Of a stretch of 16,211 bases of DNA, positions 7,668 through 14,150 are shown in pieces; the first letter of the stretch is position 1; each line of letters starts with the position of its first letter. Where the stretch lies: the NCBI GenBank assembly GCA_049972095.1, contig JBMFKQ010000035.1, positions 1-16,211 of the forward strand, in the 5' to 3' direction. The position numbers were made by a program, and so were the translations under genes. The notes below the pieces were generated by a model. That model ran no database searches, was not told the DNA's origin, and saw nothing but the letters and a program-made list of their open reading frames with translations. This DNA is from Elusimicrobiales bacterium. Lineage in GTDB: Bacteria > Elusimicrobiota > Elusimicrobia > Elusimicrobiales > UBA9959.

Positions 7668-8632
7668 ACAATTATAACATCTCCATTTCCCTTTTTTACA
7701 TCTCCTATAACTATTGCATCCTTTACTGCTTTAAGAACATCACCTACATTCTTTTCCCTGACGATTATTATCATTCCTATTCCCATGTTAAAGGTTGAAA
7801 ACATCTCTCTTTCGCTGATATCACCAAGCTTTTGAATCATCTTCATTATCTTGGGTATCTCCCATCTTTTTTTCTCTATGATGCATCGGACACCTTTGTT
7901 TATGACCCTTTCTAAATTTCCAGCAATCCCACTTCCTGTTATATGTGCAATTGAGAGTATATCATTCCCCTTATCTTTGAGCGTCTTTCTTATCTTTTCA
8001 ATGTCGTTTACATATATCTTTGTTGGAGTAAGAAGTGTCTTTGCAAATTTTTTAAGAGATTTTTTCTCCTCAAGTATCTTTCTCACAAGCGAAAATCCGT
8101 TTGAGTGAAACCCGCTGGATTTTAATCCTATTATTACATCACCTGGTTTTATATTTTCTCCATCTATAATCTCGTCTTTTTTTACAATACCAACCGCAAA
8201 GCCAGCAAGATCATATTCATCCGAGGGATAAAATCCAGGCATCTGCGCTGTCTCGCCTCCTATGAGAGTCATCTTTGCTTGTCTGCAACCTTCAATTATT
8301 CCTTCAATTATCTGTTTTGACCTTTTCAAATCAAGCTTTCCACATGCATAGTAATCAAGAAAGAAAAGTGGTTTTGCACCAACACATATCAGATCGTTTG
8401 CACACATAGCAACAAGATCTATTCCCACAGTTTTATGGTTATTAAGAAGGAAAGCAAGTTTTAGCTTTGTTCCTACTCCATCTGTGGTTCCAACAAGCAG
8501 GTAATCTTTTGCATACCTCGATATATCAAAAAGTCCAGCAAAACCACCTATAGCTTTTGATTTTTTTTCAAGAAACCCTACAAATTTATCAGCTTTTTTT
8601 ATATCAACACCTGCTTTTTTATATGTTATCAT
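7664..8632 (-). CDS. purM: Phosphoribosylformylglycinamidine cyclo-ligase (AIR synthetase)
   Basis: TYKKAGVDI, IGGFAGLF, TDGVGTK, GIDLVAMCANDL, PLFFLDY, GGETAQMPG, SSGFHSNGFSLVRK, HITGSG, TFNMGIGM; SD AAGGAG. Confidence 0.97.
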   Translation of the reverse strand: MITYKKAGVDIKKADKFVGFLEKKSKAIGGFAGLFDISRYAKDYLLVGTTDGVGTKLKLAFLLNNHKTVGIDLVAMCANDLICVGAKPLFFLDYYACGKLDLKRSKQIIEGIIEGCRQAKMTLIGGETAQMPGFYPSDEYDLAGFAVGIVKKDEIIDGENIKPGDVIIGLKSSGFHSNGFSLVRKILEEKKSLKKFAKTLLTPTKIYVNDIEKIRKTLKDKGNDILSIAHITGSGIAGNLERVINKGVRCIIEKKRWEIPKIMKMIQKLGDISEREMFSTFNMGIGMIIIVREKNVGDVLKAVKDAIVIGDVKKGNGDVIIV

Positions 8633-8650
8633 AGGATTCTCCTTGAATAG

Positions 8651-8679
8651 TTGAAGCTTATAATTAAATGATATAAAAT
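8651..8679 (+). promoter_or_regulatory. Candidate sigma70 promoter for the epimerase gene
   Basis: TTGAAG (8651-8656), 17-bp spacer, TAAAAT (8674-8679), in the divergent purM/epimerase intergenic region. Confidence 0.45.
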
Positions 8680-8727
8680 AGAGAAAAGGGTTTCCAATAA
8701 TGGTTTGATGGATGAAGGAGGGGTATT

Positions 8728-9756
8728 ATGAGCAGAATAAAAGATATAAAATTAAAAACTGTTAAATACAGGTATATTAAACCCTTCCATATAGCAAACT
8801 CTATTACCTCGTCTGTTGAGAATGTTGAGATTGAGCTTCTGACTGATGACGGTCTTGTTTCAAGAGCTGAGGCATCGCCTTCTTACAGGGTTTGTGGAGA
8901 AACAGCATCAAGTATAGTTTCTTTTGCGCCGAGGCTTGGTGAGCTTAAAGGAATTGAATTAAAACACTACAGAAGAATATTTGAGATAACTGATAAACTT
9001 ATCTCGTTACCTTCCCTTAAAGCTTCAATTCAGTTTGCATGCTTATCAGCTATGTGTAATGAGGTGGGTATGCGAGTTTGGGAGTTTTTTGGCTCCTCCA
9101 AGACAATCATAGAGACTGATAAAACCGTTTCCATAGGTAGAGTGGATGATATGGTTAAGCAGGCCTTAGAGATAAAGAAAGAAGGTTTTAAAATACTTAA
9201 GATAAAGGTTGGTGAGAACCTTTACAGGGATATTGAAGCAGTGGAGGAGATATATAGGAAAACAAAAGGCATGAGATATATAGTTGATGCCAATATGGGA
9301 TATACACCAAAGCAGGCTATTTATTTTTCTCAAAAGCTATATTCTAATGGTATAGATATAGAGCTTTTTGAACAGCCTGTTGATAGATATGATATTGATG
9401 GCTTAAGATTTGTTAGATTCAACTCACCTTTTCCTGTGTGTGCCGATGAGTCAGCAAAAACAAAATACGATGTTATAAATCTGATAAAACAAGATGCTGT
9501 TGATTTTGTAAATATAAAGCTTATGAAAAGTGGTATATCTGATGCCATTGCTATAATAGAGATATGCCAAAGCTCTAATATAGGACTTATGATAGGATGT
9601 ATGGGTGAGTCAAGTCTTGGTATCAACGCAAGCGTTCACCTTGCCCTTGGATATGGGGTTTTTGAATTTTGTGATCTTGACTCACACCTAATGATTGTAG
9701 AAGATAAGTTTAAGGGTGATTTTGTCCAGGATAAGAATTTGATAAAAATCATATAG
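8728..9756 (+). CDS. Dipeptide epimerase (L-Ala-D/L-Glu epimerase family, enolase superfamily MLE subgroup)
   Basis: KIK catalytic motif, metal ligands DAN / EQP / DES, second Lys in VNIKLMK, terminal DLD motif; SD AAGGAGG. Confidence 0.92.
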   Translation: MSRIKDIKLKTVKYRYIKPFHIANSITSSVENVEIELLTDDGLVSRAEASPSYRVCGETASSIVSFAPRLGELKGIELKHYRRIFEITDKLISLPSLKASIQFACLSAMCNEVGMRVWEFFGSSKTIIETDKTVSIGRVDDMVKQALEIKKEGFKILKIKVGENLYRDIEAVEEIYRKTKGMRYIVDANMGYTPKQAIYFSQKLYSNGIDIELFEQPVDRYDIDGLRFVRFNSPFPVCADESAKTKYDVINLIKQDAVDFVNIKLMKSGISDAIAIIEICQSSNIGLMIGCMGESSLGINASVHLALGYGVFEFCDLDSHLMIVEDKFKGDFVQDKNLIKII

Positions 9757-9789
9757 AACCAATAGGGCTTGCGTGGTACATCCTATTTT

Positions 9790-9912
9790 ATGTTAACAAA
9801 TGTCAAACCAGGAAGAAGTTTTGGATGCATGGCTTTTGATTATACGGTAATTGGGGATGTTATAAACATGCTGAGAGGCGGGGGATTTATATACGCAAAA
9901 TACATAAGGTGA
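9790..9912 (+). pseudogene. 40-codon ORF; probable relic of a class III adenylate/guanylate cyclase
   Basis: MLTNVKPGRSFGCMAFDYTVIGDVINMLRGGGFIYAKYIR*. FDYTVIGDVIN (9835-9867) matches the cyclase motif (F/M)DYTVIGDxVNxASRL. No SD, and the rest of the domain is absent. Confidence 0.45.
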
Positions 9913-9947
9913 CTGCGTTATTAAAAATGTGTTAGAAAGATTTATTT

Positions 9948-9956
9948 TGCTATAAT
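9948..9956 (+). promoter_or_regulatory. Extended -10 promoter upstream of the thiC leader
   Basis: TGcTATAAT, immediately 5' of the TPP-aptamer-like sequence. Confidence 0.5.
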
Positions 9957-9962
9957 ATTTAG

Positions 9963-10046
9963 AGGAGAGTGTTTTTTAGTGGGCTTAGGATGATTTTTAG
10001 TTGCCCTATTTGAAGCTGATGTGGATAATATCGCTGGAGGTAGAAG
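9963..10046 (+). ncRNA. Degenerate TPP (THI-box) riboswitch-like aptamer
   Basis: GCCCT-ATT-TGAAGCTGAT-GTGGATAATATCGC-TGGAGG parallels the consensus ACCC...GAACCTGAT-CTGGATAATGCCAG-CGnAGG, directly upstream of thiC. The 5' signature GGCTGAGA reads GGCTTAGGA. Confidence 0.6.
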
Positions 10047-10056
10047 AGGATATTTC

Positions 10057-10084
10057 AAAATAAAGTTTTCTAACTTTTGTTTTT
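10057..10084 (+). terminator. Possible attenuator hairpin in the thiC leader
   Basis: AAAGTT-ttct-AACTTT followed by TGTTTTT; weak, AT-rich stem. Confidence 0.3.
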
Positions 10085-10116
10085 AGATCTGTTATTCAGA
10101 TATCTATTAAAGCTGT

Positions 10117-11367
10117 GTGATAAAAATGTATTCTTTAAAAGAGAAAGAGATTGACGAGATATCACGGTCAGAAAAACTTTCTTTAAGCTCTATAAGAGAT
10201 GAAATCATTCATCACAGAGTGTGCATACTAAAAAATTCTAAGAGAAATATAAAACCTATTGCTGTTGGAAGAAGATTTAGATGTAAGTATAATCTAAATC
10301 TTGGTGTAAGTGAGAATGGCTCATCGCTTAAGCGTGAGATTAGGAAGCTTAAAATTGCCCTGAAGTATGGTGCAGATACTGTTATGGATCTTTCTGTCGG
10401 CAGGAATAAAGATGCTATAAGGAAAATTCTGCTTGAAAACTCACCTATACCATTTGGAAGTGTTCCTATTTATACTATGGTTGACAGCGATGATGATATA
10501 AAGAGAATTTCAAAGAGCCTAATACTTGAGACTATAGAGAAACAGTGTGAGGAAGGCGTTGATTTTATGACAATTCATGCTGGTTTTACACGTAGAAGTA
10601 TAAGGTATGTCAAAAATAGGTTGTGTGGTGTTGTTTCAAGAGGTGGCTCAATGGTACTTAGATATATGGTTGAGACTGGAAGAGAAAATCCATTTTATGA
10701 ATACTATGATGATATAATTGAGATACTAAAAAAATATCGTGTTGCAATAAGTATAGGTGATGGACTTAGACCGGGCTCTATATATGATGCTACAGACAAA
10801 GCCCAACTGAGCGAGCTTTATGTTATAGCAGAGCTTAATAAAAGAGCAAGAAAGAATGGGGTTTTTACTATGATAGAAGGTCCTGGACATATACCAATAA
10901 ATGAGATTAAAAAGAATGTCGAAATTGCCATTAAACTCACATCGGATGCTCCGCTTTATTTTCTTGGCCCTCTTGTTACAGACATAGCTCTCGGTTATGA
11001 TCATATCAATGGCGCTATAGGCTCAGCTATAGCAGGTTATTTTGGTGTGTCTCTGCTTTGTGCTGTTGGTCCAACTGAGCATTTAGGACTGCCAACTGCT
11101 AAGGATATAAAAGAGGAGTGTATAACTTTTTGCCTTGTGAAGCATGCAGTTAATATTGCTAAAGGTTTTGAAGATGATTTTAATCGTGATATGGAAATGT
11201 CTATTGCAAGAAAGAATTTTGATTGGGAAAGGCAGTTTGCTCTTTCTTTAGATGCTAACTATGCAAGGAAGAGATATTATGAGCTCAACAAAAAAAATGG
11301 AGAATACTGTTCAATGTGTGGTAATGTATTTTGCGCTATGAGAAATAGTAGAAAGGTTTTGGATTAG
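10117..11367 (+). CDS. thiC: Phosphomethylpyrimidine (HMP-P) synthase, ThiC family radical SAM enzyme
   Basis: GADTVMDLS, VPIY, GVDFMTIHAG, VSRGGS, GDGLRPGS, EGPGH, LGPLVTDIA.GYDHI, EHLGLP and C-terminal CX2CX4C (CSMCGNVFC). Start uncertain (GTG 10117 or ATG 10126, no clear SD). Confidence 0.9.
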   Translation: MIKMYSLKEKEIDEISRSEKLSLSSIRDEIIHHRVCILKNSKRNIKPIAVGRRFRCKYNLNLGVSENGSSLKREIRKLKIALKYGADTVMDLSVGRNKDAIRKILLENSPIPFGSVPIYTMVDSDDDIKRISKSLILETIEKQCEEGVDFMTIHAGFTRRSIRYVKNRLCGVVSRGGSMVLRYMVETGRENPFYEYYDDIIEILKKYRVAISIGDGLRPGSIYDATDKAQLSELYVIAELNKRARKNGVFTMIEGPGHIPINEIKKNVEIAIKLTSDAPLYFLGPLVTDIALGYDHINGAIGSAIAGYFGVSLLCAVGPTEHLGLPTAKDIKEECITFCLVKHAVNIAKGFEDDFNRDMEMSIARKNFDWERQFALSLDANYARKRYYELNKKNGEYCSMCGNVFCAMRNSRKVLD

Positions 11368-11381
11368 TAAGATGGTTGAAC

Positions 11382-11422
11382 AACTGCTCCGGTAGTTAGG
11401 ATGTTTCTGAAGTAGTTTTTTT
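11382..11422 (+). terminator. Possible terminator between convergent thiC and nrdJ
   Basis: AACTGCT...AGTAGTT imperfect stem followed by TTTT; an alternative short hairpin AACTGC-TCCG-GTAGTT is also possible. Confidence 0.25.
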
Positions 11423-11442
11423 ATTCATTGGTTAAATCAGCT

Positions 11443-13929
11443 TTATGAACATTCTGAATAACCACAGTCGTGGCATGTTGGCCCTGTGCATCCGCTTTCA
11501 AAGCTTATGTTTGATGAATAGCATTTTGGACAATAGTGAGCTTTTGTAGCCTCCCAGAGTTGAAGTCTTTCATTTTGTATGTCCTGTTCAGTTAATATGT
11601 TTCTTTTTTTGAGATGGTTCTTCAGTGCTATTGCAATTGCATGAGGTATTGAATTTACCCTGTTTTCACCAAAGCCAAATGGTCTATCTCCTTTTATTGA
11701 ATTTAGATGTTTGAGTATTCTTACAGGATCCCCTCCAGCTTCAAGATATTTTGAAAGCAATATGCCTACAAGAGCTGTAAGCCCGCTTATCTCTGTGCCT
11801 AAAGGGGGAAGATTGGTAAAGATTTGAAAAGGTCCCAAATCTTCAGTATAGTTTATATGGATATGTAGTGGGCCATAACCAGTCTGAATCTGATAATACT
11901 CTGATGAAACGCCAAATGTTGCTGTTTTTTTCCTCTTACTTTTATCAGCTTTTGAATCTATGCTTAGGACCTGAAGGCTCTTGCATCCGTCCCTGTATAC
12001 TGTTATACCCTTGCATCCGAGTTTATATGAAAGGAGGTATGAATTTTTAATATCATCAATCTTGGCAGAGCTTGGAAGATTTATTGTCTTTGAAACAGCA
12101 TTGTCAGTGTACTCTTGGAATGCTGATTGAATTTTTATGTGGTATTCATAGCTAACATCATGAGCAGTAGGAAAGATTTCCTGTATATGTTGTGGTATCT
12201 CTTTTATTCCTCTTACAGCTTTGTGGTTTTGTTCTATCTTTTCCCATAACTCATCTTTGCCCATTCCAAAGTAGTTATTCTCCTCTGCTATAGTTTTGAA
12301 AAGAGGGTTTATCTCATAGAAAACATCCTTTGATTCAGGTTTTTTACCATTTTTTATTGCCTCAAGAGCTTTTGCAGTGTATCTTGTATATGCTATTGCA
12401 AAAAATGGCTCTATCCCACTTCCTTGAAGTCCAGCTGCTATAGATATTGTGCCAGTTGGAGCTATTGTAGTTCTTGATGCGTTTCTAATGTAAGCAGATC
12501 TTCCTCTAAAGTATTTTGAATCTTTATCATATATAGATCCCTTCCAGTTGTAAAAACATCCTCTTTCCTTGGCAAGTTCCTGGGAGGCTTCAAATGCTTT
12601 CTCTGATACAAATTTCATAACCTCTTTTGCCATCTTTACTCCCTCTTCTGAATCATACCTTATCCCAAGTTTTACACACATCTCTGCCCACCCCATAACA
12701 CCAAGCCCTATCTTCCTGTTTCCTTTTGCAAGCTCCTCTATTTCTTCAAGTGGATAGTTGTTTATCTCTATAACATTGTCAAGAAATCTAACAGCAAGCT
12801 TAATTGTCCTTTCAAGTTTCTCCCAGTTTATCTTTCCCTTTGTTATCTTACCTTCTACAAATTTAGCCAGGTTAATAGAACCCAAATTGCATGCCTCCCA
12901 TCCTAAAAGTGGCTGTTCACCACATGGGTTAGTTGCCTCTATCTCACCAAGCTGCGGTGTTGGGTTTGAGTTTGTATTGTTTATTCTATCTATGAATACT
13001 ATGCCCGGATCTCCAGTTGCCCATGCTGATTCAACAATCTTGTTGAAGAGTTTTTTTGCATTTATTTTTGAAACAACCTCTCTTGTTCTTGGATTTATAA
13101 GTTCTATTTCCTCATTTTTTTCAACAGCAGTCATAAACTTTTCATCAACTGCAACCGATATGTTGAAATTTTCCATAACACCTGGTTTTGATTTAAGTGT
13201 TATAAAATCCTCTATCTCAGGGTGCCAGTAAGGAAGTATTCCCATGTTTGCACCCCTTCTTGTTCCGCCTTGTTTTACAACATCTGTCATTTTGTCAAAG
13301 AGTTGCATAAAAGAGATTGCTCCGGAGGCAACACCGTTTGTTTTTTTAACAACATCACCCTTTGGTCTGAGTCTTCCAAATGAAAAACCAGTTCCACCAC
13401 CTGATTTCTGTATAATACTTTGCGCTGCAAGAGCCTTTGATATGCCTTCCATTGAGTCAGGCACCGGGATTACATAGCATGCTGAAAGCTGGTGAAGTTC
13501 TTTACCTGCATTCATAAGTGTTGGTGAGTTTGGAAGAAACTCAAATCTTGCAAGCATGTTATAAAACTCTTCAGTATATTTATCAACAAGCTCTTTCATA
13601 TCTTTTCTGCTGTTATATAAGCCTTTTAGCTTTTTAACAAATCTGTTAAAATTTTCTTCTCTTTTTGAAAGTTCATTCAAGCCTTTGTGAAGAAGAAGCA
13701 GTCTTGAAGGCGTGCCGTTGTATGAATATCTTATGATACAGTGGTTTATATCATCAAGTAATCCTTCCTTTTCAAGATCCTTTGCAAAAACTATTTCACT
13801 GAGAGCTATTGTTGATGAGACTCTCATGAAAAGCTCTTCTACAGTTTTGTCTCCTCTGAGATACTTGTCTTTTATAACCTTTTCTTGGTGTGGTGTTAGA
13901 TATACTTTTTCGAGTGTCATCGTATCCAT
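11443..13929 (-). CDS. nrdJ: Class II adenosylcobalamin-dependent ribonucleotide reductase with C-terminal TSCPD-like domain and Zn-ribbon tail
   Basis: FLPNSPTLMNAG, LSACYV, SGGGTG, RRGANMG, ATNPCGEQPL..ACNLGSINL, TTIAPTGTIS, AVSKTINLP, KGITVYRDG. C-terminal CPKC...CHDCGYSEC. No class I Tyr-Tyr pair and no ATP cone. Confidence 0.95.
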   Translation of the reverse strand: MDTMTLEKVYLTPHQEKVIKDKYLRGDKTVEELFMRVSSTIALSEIVFAKDLEKEGLLDDINHCIIRYSYNGTPSRLLLLHKGLNELSKREENFNRFVKKLKGLYNSRKDMKELVDKYTEEFYNMLARFEFLPNSPTLMNAGKELHQLSACYVIPVPDSMEGISKALAAQSIIQKSGGGTGFSFGRLRPKGDVVKKTNGVASGAISFMQLFDKMTDVVKQGGTRRGANMGILPYWHPEIEDFITLKSKPGVMENFNISVAVDEKFMTAVEKNEEIELINPRTREVVSKINAKKLFNKIVESAWATGDPGIVFIDRINNTNSNPTPQLGEIEATNPCGEQPLLGWEACNLGSINLAKFVEGKITKGKINWEKLERTIKLAVRFLDNVIEINNYPLEEIEELAKGNRKIGLGVMGWAEMCVKLGIRYDSEEGVKMAKEVMKFVSEKAFEASQELAKERGCFYNWKGSIYDKDSKYFRGRSAYIRNASRTTIAPTGTISIAAGLQGSGIEPFFAIAYTRYTAKALEAIKNGKKPESKDVFYEINPLFKTIAEENNYFGMGKDELWEKIEQNHKAVRGIKEIPQHIQEIFPTAHDVSYEYHIKIQSAFQEYTDNAVSKTINLPSSAKIDDIKNSYLLSYKLGCKGITVYRDGCKSLQVLSIDSKADKSKRKKTATFGVSSEYYQIQTGYGPLHIHINYTEDLGPFQIFTNLPPLGTEISGLTALVGILLSKYLEAGGDPVRILKHLNSIKGDRPFGFGENRVNSIPHAIAIALKNHLKKRNILTEQDIQNERLQLWEATKAHYCPKCYSSNISFESGCTGPTCHDCGYSECS

Positions 13930-13978
13930 CCTCTCTCCTTTTATTTAAGAATTATACCCTGTTTGAAGGGATAAATAA

Positions 13979-14008
13979 ATGATAAGAAAAAAGATTTAAT
14001 CATGTCAA
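13979..14008 (-). promoter_or_regulatory. Candidate sigma70 promoter for nrdJ
   Basis: Minus strand TTGACA (14008-14003), 18-bp spacer, TATCAT (13984-13979). A second TATAAT lies at 13956-13951. Confidence 0.55.
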
Positions 14009-14150
14009 ATTTTTATGGTAAGTGGCTAAAAAATAGCTCAAGTAGGATTTTGAGATTTAAAAAATATTTAACAAATATGAAACCGAAAATCTTTAGAATA
14101 TGTTAAGATATTTTCAAGTAGATAAATGTGTTGGTTTGAGAGGAGATGTT

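Noticed and set aside
6408..9756. Peptidoglycan-recycling module (PBP-fold protein plus dipeptide epimerase)
   Set aside because: The genes are on opposite strands, separated by purM, and no other recycling genes are present. Proximity is the only support.
11443..13929. Intein or intron in nrdJ
   Set aside because: The reading frame is continuous, with no intein N-terminal C/S block, HN-C/S/T end or LAGLIDADG motifs.
13930..14150. NrdR box or cobalamin riboswitch upstream of nrdJ
   Set aside because: No convincing acaCwAtATaTwGtg palindrome or B12-box, and the predicted leader is only about 45 nt.
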